Origin: Vitrella brassicaformis CCMP3155
Lineage: Eukaryota; Protista; Chromerida
Assembly (NCBI GenBank): GCA_001179505.1
Contig: CDMY01000388.1
Span: 1 to 64,000 of the forward strand
Direction: 5' to 3'
DNA: 64,000 nucleotides
Shown: piece by piece, positions 48,738 to 61,368 of the stretch
How positions within the stretch are numbered: position 1 is the first letter of the stretch
Layout of the letters: every line of letters starts with the position of its first letter
The notes under the pieces: model-generated
Database searches by the model: none
What the model was told of the DNA's origin: nothing
What the model saw: only the letters and a program-made list of their open reading frames with translations
Program-made: the position numbers and the translations under genes

Positions 48738-49100
48738 GAATCTGTTTGCGGGCCGGGGCGCTGGCGTTGGCGATGGGATGCCTCTGATCATGTGATATAT
48801 GGTCCATGGACCGATGTTATGTGCTGTGAGTTGAGCTGGACAGATTTGTTGGGGCGTTTGTGTTGCGAGAGAGCGGTTACGTTGCGTTGCAATACAATGC
48901 CAAGGCATGTCTCGTCCAGCCATCGAAGAGGTGTCAAACAGCGCATGAGTATCAAGCAATTAGACACCGAATATAAAATGCAGGCAGCGATGGCCTCGAT
49001 CCCTCTCCCTTCTGTCCAGCCGGGAAGCGAGGACACCAGAACAGCAGACTGCAAATACAAAATGTAGACAGCGATTCCTCCTTCCCCTCCCCCCATCCAG
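48738..49100. repeat. Dispersed non-coding repeat, copy 2 (homologous to 16251-16700)
   Basis: Same 26-bp exact block and the same duplicated aatat/caaaatg..cgattcctccttcc units as copy 1. Confidence 0.85.
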
Positions 49101-49139
49101 CCGCACCAGCGCACTTAGCCAGCCTCTCCCGGATGGGAG

Positions 49140-49689
49140 AGGCAAACTCCCACACGCACACGCACCCCTCACCCAATCGAATGGCCCGGGCGAGGCCCAC
49201 AGCAGCAGCACAGCCACGTCCACCAAGGGCGACGGATGGTCTCGGCGTCTTCCTCAGCCTTTCGCAGCTTCTCAATGATCTTCTGCAGTGTGGCCTTCTC
49301 GCGGCCCCGAGATCAGCTCTCAGCTTGTCGTTGGCCTGGTACTCTGCGTACTCGCTCGCTGCAAGGAACCTGATCTGGTCCTCTTGTGCCTGGAAGAAGT
49401 CAGGGCAGCCACACAAACGACACGCCATACGAGACACGAATGCATTCGCTGATTCTGTGACGATAAGTGTGCATTGGATAGAACGTACCTGCATGTCGAC
49501 ATGGAGCCGATGGATGATCTCGGTGTCTTCTTCCGCCTTCCGCTGCGCCTCACTGACTTGGGCCTCCAGATGTGACACTCGAGTGGCTGTCGTCTCGGGG
49601 TCTTGCTGATTGCCCGTGTCGGGATCGTCATCTGGCTTGTCACCGGGGCTGCCCCCTTCCCCTGGCGCGCCCGGGGCGGTGCCAGCCAT
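49140..49689 (-). CDS. Hypothetical coiled-coil protein (ends uncertain)
   Basis: MAGTAPGAP..RVSHLEAQVSEAQRKAEEDTEIIHRLHVDMQ|AQEDQIRFLAASEYAEYQANDKLRADL, with a gtacgt..ccag intron. Confidence 0.4.
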
Positions 49690-49974
49690 CCGCCGGCAGA
49701 AGCCGCTGGGCAGAGGGAGGGGCAAGCGAGGCCCAACAGGCCTGACGCAAACGAACAGGCAAGACGACACAGCTCTCTCTTGATGTCTGGTGTTCTCCAT
49801 GCAGGTGTAGGTGGATGGATGAGTCACTTACCCCTGTCGGCCGCCGCCTTGTCTTCTCTCTGCGATGGGGCTGTCGTCTCCTCGTGGGCCGTGTCTGGCG
49901 GGGGGCTGCCTGTGGCTGGGTGGGGAGGTGGCGGGTCGACAGGGGCGGATGCTGGTGCTGCACTTGACGATGAC

Positions 49975-51190
49975 GGTCTGACGACACGTGACACAGAGGT
50001 GTGGTGTGTTTGTTTGTTGGTGGATTTTGGGTTTCCTTACTCGCTGGCCGGCTGAATCCCCCGCCTGATCAGATCCTGTCAGAAAAAGACCACAAGCTTT
50101 ACAGGGCATCAGCCAACTTGCGTGTGTAGTTAACCGCTGCGTCGAGGACGACTCGACAGGCATCCCTCGCCTCTCCGCTGCCAGTCATCTTGCAGTAGTA
50201 GCCGGACCGTTTGGGGACAGGCACCCACTCGATGGTGCACCCTGAGGCTGCTCTGGCCGCATTAAGATCCCCATCCGTCAGCTGGGCCATACAATGGGCC
50301 CAGCCGACGTTGGGGTCAGGGGGTGACGGCGGCTGCAAGAAACACAGCTCAGAGTCCATCACACGGCTCCATTGTCTTCCCTGGCACTTACCGTGAGCGG
50401 GGGAAAAGGAACGCCTGCCCGCTGCTTCTCCTTCTCCTCGCCTGCCTGTTTCAGCGACACATCACAGATATATACCCCGATACACACATGCGCTTGCATG
50501 TCTCTGTCATGTAGCCGTCAAGGCGTGTGTATCGGCATGCTGACCAGCCTGCGCGAGGAGGGAAGGGGCGAGGGGAGCGGCGAGCAGGCTGGTGCGGCGC
50601 CCATGGAGTTCGCCGCTGGTGGAGGGGCGGCTGCTGCGCTAGACGCTGACGGCCTGACGACACGTGACACAGAGGTGTGGTGTGTTTATCCGATGGTGGA
50701 TTTGGGGTTTCCTTACTGGAGTGTTGACTTCGCCAGCCTGTTTTGGTTCTGTCAGAAAAAGACCACAAACTTTACAGGGCATCAGCCAACTTGTGTGTTT
50801 AGTTCACCGCTTTGTCGAGCAGCTCACAACAGATGTCCCTCAAATGTGGCGACCCGGTGAGTTTGTACCACCCTCGTGTCTTGGTTCGCCTGAAAGCAAC
50901 GCACAACCGTGACCAGAACAGCAATCAAGCCATTTGAAGTCACCCTTACTCGACTGAGCAGTCTGACCCCTCGGCGGCCTCGTCTAGGTCCCCATTCGTC
51001 AGCTGGGCCGCGTAAAAGGCTTGTTGAAAACGGGGATGACGGGGTGGCGGCGCCTGCAAAAAACACAGCTCAGAGTCCATCACACGGCTCCATTGTCTTT
51101 CCTGGCACTTACCGTGAGAGGGGGAAAAGGATCGCTTGTCTGCTCCTTCTCGTCGTCCTTGGGCCGCTGCTTCCCGTTGGCCTTGCCGGA
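49975..51190 (-). repeat. Tandem duplication (~680-720 bp offset) of an exon encoding a degenerate KH-like domain; the higher-coordinate copy carries stops
   Basis: Shared blocks acgacacgtgacacagaggtgtggtgtgttt (49981/50658) and cagagtccatcacacggctccattgtc (50350/51070). The intact exon reads GDLNAARAASGCTIEW..YYCKMTGSGEARDACRVVLDAAV. The other copy has several in-frame stops. Confidence 0.75.
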
Positions 51191-52245
51191 TCCCTGCATG
51201 CCGCCCCGCAGACGCAGGAGTCGACGGATCAAGATCATGAACAGTCACCTGCCAACAACAACCACACATTCCAACTTACGGGTCGGCGGGCCGGCTCTGT
51301 GTCTCACCGCTCTCATTTCCTTAATAGATGCCTCATGCCGTCTATCTGTGCGCCTCGTCTCGCTCACGGTGGCTGCGGTGCCAGTGGTAGTTGCGGTTGT
51401 GGTGGTCGTGTAGCTGCTGGACACCTGCAAGCACGCACACGCAAACAGGAAGTCAGTCATTCATGCGTTCCAATGTGTGTGTGGTCGGTGTGATGGGCGT
51501 CGACCTTCGTTGTGAACGGCAAATAGGTGGAAGGCAGCCGGGGCGCAGTACAGATCCAAGTTGTACTGCGACATAGCCATCGACGCATCCATCCATCCAC
51601 ATATGTGTCACTGTGGGTGTACCGTGGCCTCGCTGGCTGCAGCGCACAAACACGAAGACACTCTCGGGTGTGTGTGTGTGTGTTGTGTGGGTGTCATTCT
51701 TCGACGCCTTGTTGGGCTTGCTCTTGGTGGCCGCCGAAGCGGCCAAGTATGCGTAGGCAAACAGGGAAAAGAGGCGAGACATGAGTCAATCTTCATGACG
51801 TTCTTTTCTCCTTCACTTACGTACCTGTGACGCCGCCGGGGATACCACACTTGGATGAGGTAGGTGCATCGCAGCCGTGTAGGGGAAAGGTCCCAAAGAT
51901 GTAAAATGTAGGCAGCCATCGATCTGCACACACAGCAGCCAGCACAGACAAGAGCACAGAGACACCAAGAGCTCTTCTGCAATCGCCTGGAGGAGTAATC
52001 GACTGAAGGGAAGAGCCCGTCCTGAAACCAAGAGAAAGAGCAATTGAGAAAGAGGAACCAGTCGAAAGGTCACCAGCGAGAGTCTGTAGGTGCTCACTCA
52101 CCAGGCACATCTTGAAGTGTTTGAACTTGATGGTCTCGTAGGAGTTGATGGCCGCAAAGCCCAAGTCCAACGGAAACTGTGTGTGTTCACGCACCTCGAC
52201 TTCCGGCTCCTCGATGACAGGTATCTCAGGACTCATCTGTCATAC

Positions 52246-52298
<53 letters not shown>

Positions 52299-53325
52299 TG
52301 GCCATGACTGCCTTCATCCCCTGATCCACTGACCGTTGTAACGTAGTTTTCAGTGGCCCCAGAGATGAACAGAAGAATAGCCGGGATGTTGCTTGGGCTT
52401 GGCCTGTGGGGAGGTTGACGGATCGGGATCCAATCCCACTGCAAACACATGTACGGACGCAAGATTCACGCTCTATGTGCATACGCGTGTTCTTTCCACT
52501 GGTCAACACATACCGGTCACCCAGACGCGAATATATGGGGGGATTGCGGTCGACTGTACAGCGTGCAAAGGAAATTGACCCATTTTCTGACATCGAACCA
52601 AGGGGATCGCTTTTTTGCAAAAGAGCAGACAAGGACATTGATGTGGGCATTGACGACACTCAATGAGGCGCTTACCAACCTCACCCACCTGAAGAGATGT
52701 GTCGAGAACAAGAGACGGGAACAAAAAGAAAAAGCCACCCGTTCATCTGCACGCACAAACGTGGCAACAGGAGGCATCTGAGCACACCCATGGCAACGAA
52801 ATGCATCACACATTCATCCCTACACATCATCCACACACCACACCATCACCGCACCCAAGACACATGACGCACGAGGCCACACTCATATGTACTCACCTGT
52901 TGGAGGTCGGTTTGGGCAAAGAGAGGGCGCGTGCGCACTCTGCACTGAGTCTGCAGGCGCCAGGCAGTCGCCAGCCGCTCCGCAGATGGCAGGGCGCCAC
53001 CAGGCATCGCCTCGCCCGGGGCACGGCGGTCGAGGAAAAAAGTGGCGGATGACAACCGGACGAGTTGGGAGGGGTAGAGGGAGATGCGGCGGACAACACA
53101 AGCCAACAACCAGCCGAAAAGAAAAAGAAACGGAGGATCTGTGGCCGAAACAAGGCTGCAAAGCCGAACTGGGACGAAAAATGTGAAAATTGGCCCGCAG
53201 TCTCGTAAATCTTTTCTGTCTCCGTCTCAGCTCGCGAAAATCTCGCCGCATTTGCATTTCGCTTTCTGCGGACGACGGCAGGCCATAGAAGCAGACAGAG
53301 GCAGAGAGGATGGCTGCTGCCGCAG

Positions 53326-53859
53326 ATGAGGTCAGATCGCGTGAAATCCACTCACTTTGATGGAAGTTTTTCACTTTTTGGCCGGCCAGATGGGGCGCCA
53401 CCGACGCAGCTGACAGCTTCAAACATACGGACGACGAGCTCATCACGGACGTCTACGGCGAGGGGTAGGTGCACACACGATGACGGCATAAGTAACAACC
53501 ACTTTCGGACACTGTCTGCCTGTCTGTTGTGCGTGTGCGCGAGTGACGTGCAGGCACGGAACGACTGAGGAGAATCCCTTCGTCATGAAGCGTCTGACTC
53601 CGCCGCCGATATACAATATTGTAAGGACGCCATATGGATGGATGGATGGATGGATGGATGGGCACCTGTCTGTCTGTCTGTCTGTCTGTGTGTCTGTGTG
53701 TGTGTAACCATTCATTGTGTACCCACCAGAGAGGTACCCGGCCAGGTCGCCGGAGCAGACAAAGCAGCGCAGCGACCGGGTGATTGGAGCCAGCAGTCAT
53801 TTGTCATTATTTATTTGCCATCTGAGTCATTTTATAGCCGGCCGGCTGAGCCGACGTAG
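53326..53859 (+). CDS. Small orphan spliced ORF (4 exons; last exon frame uncertain)
   Basis: Phase-consistent MR|WGATDAADSFKHTDDELITDVYGEG|HGTTEENPFVMKRLTPPPIYNI| with canonical GT-AG introns. Confidence 0.35.
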
Positions 53860-54573
53860 ACTGAATTGATGACGTGGACTCTGTGCGTGTGTGTGCTTGT
53901 GTGTTTGTATGTGTGTGTGGTATGGCTGTGGTGGTGCTGTGCTTCGGTGATGACTATTTCTTGGTGTGCATCGCATAGCGGGCTGTCTGTCTTTGTGTGT
54001 GTGTGTGTGTGTGTGTGGCTCTCCCATTGTGGCGTGCGTGTATAGCATAGCAACCGGGCAGGCTAACTGACTCCCTGGACGTGACGTGGCGTCTGTGTGC
54101 GTGTGGCTGGGCTGACATAAATGTCATGTCAACAGCGGATTTGTCGGTGCAGTCGATGCAGTCAATGAAATGAATCCAGTGGATGAAAAAGGAAGCACCA
54201 CAGCGAACGAACTGGACATTCACTCCTCAGGCTGTACACAGTGGTCCTGCTGCCCCTCCCTCCCTGTCTGTCACCCCACCCTTCAGATGATCTGCACACA
54301 GACAACAAACACACACACACAGTGCTCTCTGCCTCATCCGATCGGTTGGCGCAGGTCAGTCAATCAGTCAGTCAGTGAGATCAGCGGTCGGTCCTGTCAT
54401 CCCTCTCCCCCTCTCTTATCGGCAGTCCCACCCTGTCTGTCTGTCTGTCTGTCTTGTCTGTCACCCAACGCCTGCAGACACAACACACACACACACACGC
54501 ATCCAGGTGCCGATGGGCAGTCATGGTGCCGCACACAAGCATTTCTTACCCCATCAGTGTCTTTCTTGTCTGT

Positions 54574-56909
54574 TTAAGGGTTGTGGCAGCGATCCGCATA
54601 CTCCCGCCTCTGTCCGCTGCCCTCACCCTCACCGCCGTCATCCCCACTGCTGCCGTCGGACGTCGGCGCCGCCATCAGATCGGCCAGCGGTGCTCCCTTC
54701 TTGTGCAGGAGTGCCCTGAGCTGGCGGAGTGTCTGGTCGGTGGCATCTGGGCCGCTGGTGTCGGCGAGGCGGTTGAGGTGGGGCAGCCCGCCGTCGGGGG
54801 CGATGGAGAGGGCGGCCTTCAACACGTGAACCTGTCAAGAGAGGACAGCAGAGGGAGGGAATGGATGGACTCTGTGTGGTGTCTTCCCTCACCCACCGGC
54901 ATGTCGGTGGCCTCAACCGATTCGATCTTGTCGGTGTTGTTCAGCCAGGCGCCCACATACACACCCAATGTCTCACCGCTGACAGACAGACAGAACACAG
55001 ATCGGTGTGGCTGTCTGAAATGGGTCTCTGTGCGTACCGAAACTTCTCCCTGTTGATGTGTTCGGATGTGCTGCTTTCGAGTATGCGAGTGGCGTCCTCG
55101 TGGGCCACATCGGTGTGGTGGCCACCGGCGAAGTGGGCGCTGGTCGTCACGCTGCGGCTCAGATGAGGGCGGCAGCCGCCCGTCACCGTCAGAGACGTCA
55201 GATTCGGCAGAGACCACCGACACACATAGGCCACCTGCCCACCCACCACACACACAGGGGGACACACATGACCGGTCGGTCTCATTCTGTCTGTCTGTCC
55301 CTGACCTTAGTGAATCCGCTGAGGTTGGCCTTGTCCGATGGCACCACCACAGTCGTCAGCTTCGGGAACTCCAGCATAGCGTTGCCAGACCGATCGACGC
55401 CAGGTGGGCGGGGCGGCTTGAAGCCGTAGGCCGCTGGCACCTCCGGCAGGTCCACCCGCCCCTCACGCACACGCAGCTCCGCCAACGTCGAGTGCGATGC
55501 CTCAGCACACCCACCACACCGTTGATGGCGAATCGCCGGAGGGAGGGGCTGCGGGGGTGCAGGACGGTGCGTGTGCCGCCGGTGATGTGGGCCTTGTGCA
55601 GCAGGGGGCTCTTGGCCGAGAATATGGAGGGCGGGTCGGCGTAGTGCTTCACGGCCGGGAGGGTGGGCGGGATGAGTGGTGGCCGGATGGCGCCAGTGAG
55701 AATCGACGAGAGGGGGTAGGCGAAGGGCAGCGTCATGGCGCTGTCGTTGACGCTGTCAAAGGGCGGCGAGGGGCTCATGGACGAGTCGATCCCACGCACA
55801 GCGCCCCCGCGCCCCCGCTGCTTCTGCACAATTATGCGGGCCTTGTCGGGGAGGCTTGGGAGGGGGGGCCTGATGTCGGCCGTCGAGATGAGTGTCATGC
55901 GCGGCGCCCACAGGCTCGACACGGCGAGGTCGAATCGGTGCCATTGCGGCTCGCCGGCGATGGTCAGCCGCGTGTGGAACTCGGGCCTGATGGCGAGGGA
56001 GCGGAAGGCGGAGGCCCACAGGCCCACACTGCCGATGATCTCGAGGGTCGTCATGAAGTCCGTCACGCAGCACAGACAGTTCTCCGGCATTGTCGACAGC
56101 GTCACAGCGGGTGGCTCGCCGCCCCCCTGGTCGCCCTTGGCGGCCCTCTTGATGAGCCGATAGGCAGGCGGCTGTGTGGCCCACAGCAGGAACTCGCCAA
56201 CCATCGTCATCTCGCTAGACAGCCACACACGGCGCTGCCGGGGGTCCATCAGCGCACCAAGACAGAGCTCGTCCAGCGACGGCTGTGTGGCCAGGGCCCC
56301 AGCCATGGTGCCCCCACAGGGACCTCTCAGACTCTCGGCAGCCGATCCCGGAGGCTGGGAGGTCATGGCCCGCCCCAAGGCGCCCAAGGCAAGAAGGCCC
56401 ATGCCCCTCAGACGCTCCGTGACGCCATGCATGCGTCGGTTGGCCACAGGTGGGGGCGACGGTGGCGTGTGTGGTGGGAGGGGCGGTGTGGGGGGCGGGG
56501 GAGTGAGGTCGGTCTCTGTGAAGGCGCCGGGGGGGCTGGCGAGTTTCTTGAGTCGTGTGAGGTTGTGTTGGTCTGTGAAGTGCCGGGCGATGCGGCAGGC
56601 GGGGGGCGTGAGGGCCTCATCCAAGAAGGGCAGCCGACGCACATGCTCGGAGGCTGGCAACCTGACACACACCACAGGAGACGGAACAAGACATTGGCAC
56701 ATCCATCCATCCCTCCGTCCACCCTACTGAGTGTGCTCACTGGTCGATGGCTGTTCGCAGCAAGTCGATCAGGTGGTCGTATCGCGGCAGCTGCAGCCTG
56801 CCGTAGCCCAGCACCTCCTTGACAAACTCACACACACCACCTGACCACACAGAGATACCAGTGAGTTGCTTGGGTCTGCTTGTGTCGCCTCCCTCCCTCC
56901 GATTGCCTA
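54574..56909 (-). CDS. Pseudokinase-F-box/LRR family, copy C (last kinase exon plus full F-box/LRR part; 5' part lost in gap)
   Basis: VCEFVKEVLGYGRLQLPRYDHLIDLLRTAID|QLPASEHVRRLPF..LSTMPENCLCCVTDFMTTLE..EFPKLTTVV|VAYVCRWSLPNLTSLTV..KKGAPLADL..*. Confidence 0.75.
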
Positions 56910-57209
56910 NNNNNNNNNNNNNNNNNNNNNNNNNNNNNNNNNNNNNNNNNNNNNNNNNNNNNNNNNNNNNNNNNNNNNNNNNNNNNNNNNNNNNNNNNNN
57001 NNNNNNNNNNNNNNNNNNNNNNNNNNNNNNNNNNNNNNNNNNNNNNNNNNNNNNNNNNNNNNNNNNNNNNNNNNNNNNNNNNNNNNNNNNNNNNNNNNNN
57101 NNNNNNNNNNNNNNNNNNNNNNNNNNNNNNNNNNNNNNNNNNNNNNNNNNNNNNNNNNNNNNNNNNNNNNNNNNNNNNNNNNNNNNNNNNNNNNNNNNNN
57201 NNNNNNNNN

Positions 57210-60200
57210 CGATGAATGGGGGCCGGATGGCGCCAGTGAGAATCGACGAGAGGGGGTAGGCGAAGGGCAGCGTCATGGCGCTGTCGTTGACACTGTCAAA
57301 GGGCGGCGAGGGGCTCATGGACGAGCTCATCTCACGCACAGCGCCCCCGCCCACCGGCTGCTTCTGCACGATTATGCGGGCCTTGTCGGGCTGGCGGGGT
57401 AGGGGGGGCGTGATGTCGGCCGTCGCAATGAGTGTCATTCGCGGCGCCCACAGGCTCGACACGGCGAGGTCGAATCGGTGCCATTGCGGCTCGCCGGCGA
57501 TGGTCAGCCGCGTGTGGAACTCGGGCCTGATGGCGAGGGAGCGGAAGGCGGAGGCCCACAGGCCCACACTGCCGATGATCTCGAGGGTCGTCATGAAGTC
57601 CGTCACGCAGCACAGACAGTTCTCCGGCATTGTCGACAGCGTCACAGCGGGTGGCTCGCCGCCCCCCTGGTCGCCCTTGGCGGCCCTCTTGATGAGCCGA
57701 TAGGCAGGCGGCTGTGTGGCCCACAGCAGGAACTCGCCAACCATCGTCATCTCGCTAGACAGCCACACACGGCGCTGCCGGGGGTCCATCAGCGCACCAA
57801 GACAGAGCTCGTCCAGCGACGGCTGTGTGGCCAGGGCCCCAGCCAAGGTGCCCCCACAGGGACCTATCAGACCCCCGGCAGCCGAGCCCAGAGACTGGGA
57901 GGTCATGGCCCGCCCCAGGGCGGCCAGGGCGACGAGGCCCATGCCCCTCAGGCGCTTCGTGACGCCTTGCATGCGTCGCTTGGCCACAGGTGGGGGCGAC
58001 GGGGGCGTGTGTGGTGGGAGGGGCGGTGTGGGGGGCGGGGGTGTGAGGTCGGTCTCGGCGAAGGCGCCGGGGGGGCTGGTGAGCTTCTCGAGTCGCCTGA
58101 GGTTGTGTTGGTCTGTGAAGTGCCGTGCGATGCGGCAGCCGGGGGGCGTGAGGGCCTCATCCAAGAAGGGCAGCCGACGCAAATGCTCGGAGGCTGGCAA
58201 CCTGACACACCACAGGAGAAGCAACACACGATTGGCACATCCATCCATCCGTCCGTCCACCCCACTGGGTGTGCTCACTGGTCGATGGCTGTTCGCAGCA
58301 AGTCCATCAGGTGGTCGTATCGCGGCACCTGCAGCCTCCCGTAGCCCAGCACCTCCTTCACAAACTCACACACACCACCTGACCACACACAGAGACCGAT
58401 GAGCTGATTTGGTCTGCTTTGCTGCCTCTCATCCTCCGATTGCCTACCAGGGAGTCCCTCGCAGGCTTCGTCTATATTGGTGTATCTCTTGGCGTCGGCC
58501 AGTGTGTTGGAGTCGGCCTGACTCATGTTGAGGACTGGCGTGGGCAGTGCTGGATTGCGCATCCACGGAAGGCTGCCACTCAACTGCCAGACCAAAGAGT
58601 AGCAGAGCCCCTCCAGATCGTCCCTGCACGCCGTACATCGACTCACGTGTACTGGATATCTCTGTCGTCCCCCNNNNNNNNNNNNNNNNNNNNNNNNNNN
58701 NNNNNNNNNNNNNNNNNNNNNNNNNNNNNNNNNNNNNNNNNNNNNNNNNNNNNNNNNNNNNNNNNNNNNNNNNNNNNNNNNNNNNNNNNNNNNNNNNNNN
58801 NNNNNNNNNNNNNNNNNNNNNNNNNNNNNNNNNNNNNNNNNNNNNNNNNNNNNNNNNNNNNNNNNNNNNNNNNNNNNNNNNNNNNNNNNNNNNNNNNNNN
58901 NNNNNNNNNNNNNNNNNNNNNNNNNNNNNNNNNNNNNNNNNNNNNNNNNNNNNNNNNNNNNNNNNNNNNNNNNCCCCCCCCCCAAATCAGTCACTCACTT
59001 GAAAGCCGGTGGCTCGCATGTGTGCATTGCGATGGGTGCGAGGGCAAAGGAGTGCACGAAGCACCCTCGCCGCTTGTGGCGGAGTGTCTCCTGGTCGTCG
59101 GTCGGCTTGGCGCGGACAGGTCGGCACTGCTTGAGGTCCACCAGGTACACACGCTTGCCGTGGCCGTACTTCAGCATCATGTTCTGAACACACGGAGGGA
59201 GGGAGGAGAGTTGCGTGGTTGGTGTGTGTGTGTGTGTGTGTCTGTGTGTATTGTCTGCGCGCGTACTCTAGGTTTGACGTGTTCGTGGACGAGTCCGTGG
59301 GAATGGAGCTCCCGCAATGAACGGACCTGCGCCCCGCGGCATAAGAGAGAGGACGTGAGAAGCCGACACACAGCCCTCCCAGCATGTGTGTGTGTGCATA
59401 CCGCTTCGACATAGAGCTCGAGTATCAGCTTGATGGGCTGCCCTGGCATCTGCCCCACCGCCCACTGCCGGGCGTAGCGTACCACGCTCTCCAGGGTGCC
59501 GTCCATCCACTCGTTGACGTAGAAACCCACACGGGTCCTGCCGAGCTCGCCATCCTTCACAAGCCCCTGCTTGACGAACCTGGTCTCCTGATACACCGGC
59601 TCGGGGCAGATCTTGATCTCGGCAGACGCCGCAAGGGGAAGGAATGGATGGATGGATGGATGAATTAGGTTCCTGCTGGCTGTCTGTGTGTGTGTTGGTC
59701 ACCTTTTAGGTACTGGTACACAAAGTTCTGGCGTGCGAGGCTGCCGAAGGGATGACAATCGAGTGCGTCGAAGAGGGTCTTGGGGCCGTACACTTGCGGC
59801 GGCGGCGGTGGGGGAGAGGGAGTAGGGTCCGATGAGGACGGCGATTCGTTGCCCGGCGCTGCAGATGCATCCGTCTCTCCCTTGCCTTCATCTCCACTGC
59901 TGGCACTGCTGCCGCCCTTGTCGTTGTCCCCGCCGGCCTTCTTGTCCTCAGACGCACCGCTGCCGCTGTTGCCCGACCCGTCCATGCCATCCGCGGTCGT
60001 TTGCGCCTTCTTGTCACCTGTCGCACCAACGGCGGACCGGAAGGCCTCGAGACGGTCACGGAAGGAGAGGGCAGCTGCGTCAGGGTCGATGGAGCCGTCC
60101 TCGTGGCGGCCGGGGATGGGTGGAGCGCGTTGCTGAAACGAAAGCAACAGACAGGCCAGGCCACCCATTCAGTGTGTGGATGGATGGATGGGTGCTAGGT

Positions 60201-61368
60201 TACACACGTGTTGGGTACGGTACTCTACCTACCATCTGGCAGATGAGCCTCTTGCCATCCTCCACATCCTCGTCCCACGACAGAACTGAACTCACACACC
60301 AAACGAAGGTGACTGACCATCTATCTCAGGCCAGTCGCCTCCTTACCTGTGCCCTGCAGGGTGAGCCGGTGGGCTGACATCATCGACTGCACCTCATACT
60401 CCTTGCGAGCACCCACACGAAGCGGCAGGCGCAGCAACTTGAGCCGGTTAGACGACACGCCCAGAATGAACACATCCTGACCAGACCACATAGATCACTC
60501 ACACACCACAGATGCACTTCTAGACACACATGTGGGTCGCCTTTCACCTCACCGCTTCCTCTTGCTTCACGGCAGCAGGCCGCCGGTCAGCCTCTTCATC
60601 CTCGTCCTGATCACCACTCCCGTCACCAACCTCCTGCTGCTGCTCATCAGCACCACCCGCACCAGCACCATCACCCGCAGCAGCAGCCCCGCTCAGCGCC
60701 CTCGCTGTGTCCTGGTGTGCAACGCCGCTAGCCTGATCTTGGTGCTGCTGCAGTAAAGCAGCGAGGTCCGGGAACGACTTGGCGCGCCGCAGCAGAGGTG
60801 CCGCGTCGCTGTCCTCGAGCGATGGGTGGCCGGCGAAGGAGCGGCTGCGCTTCATCTGGTGCTTCTTGGGTGGGGCGGCGGCCTCTGGTCCCTTCTGGCT
60901 GCCTTGTGTGCTGTGTATGCGGCGGACGGCCTCCCTCACCAAAGCCACCAACACACGCTCCATCACGCTGCCGCTCGTCTCGACCTTGACCGCCACTCCA
61001 TCGAGCTGCTTAGCACCAGGCTCCCCCTCCTCACCGCTGCTGGCCTCCTCAGTGCTGTGTATGCGGCGGACGGCCTCTCTCACGAGCGTCATCAACACAC
61101 GCTCCATCACACTGCCACTCGCCTCGACCTTGGCGGCATCTCCATCGAGCTGTTTAGCACCAGCCGCCCCCTCCTGACCATCGCTGGCCTCCTCCGTGTT
61201 GTGTGTGCCGTGTATGTGACACACCGCCTCTCTCACGAGCACCTCTAACACACGCTCCACGACGCTGCGAGCCGCCTCTCTATCGAGCTGCTTGGCGTCT
61301 GCCGCATCATGCTCTCCGCTGCTTGCCTTCGCTGCTCCACCCTGAGGTCCTATTGGCGGATCGCTCAT
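57210..61368 (-). CDS. Pseudokinase-F-box family, copy B (pseudokinase complete; F-box exon runs into gap)
   Basis: GARKEYEVQSM, GKRLICQM, FGSLARQNFVYQYL, LHSHGLVHEHVKPR|NMMLKYGHGKRVYLVDLKQ, DDLEGLCYSLVWQLSGSLPW and LLRTAID|QLPASEHL via the same phase-2 intron as copy A. Confidence 0.8.
60904..61310 (-). repeat. Three intragenic ~144-bp repeats encoding AKQLD..SV(M/V)ERVLxxLVREAVxxIH
   Basis: gctgtgtatgcggcggacggcctc occurs at 60910 and 61054, with a diverged third unit at ~61208. The translation shows the 48-aa repeat. Confidence 0.9.

Noticed and set aside
51245-53010. Probable minus-strand multi-exon gene upstream of the KH-like duplication
   Set aside because: Splice-like signals exist, but I could not build a phase-consistent model or recognise a domain, so it is not called.
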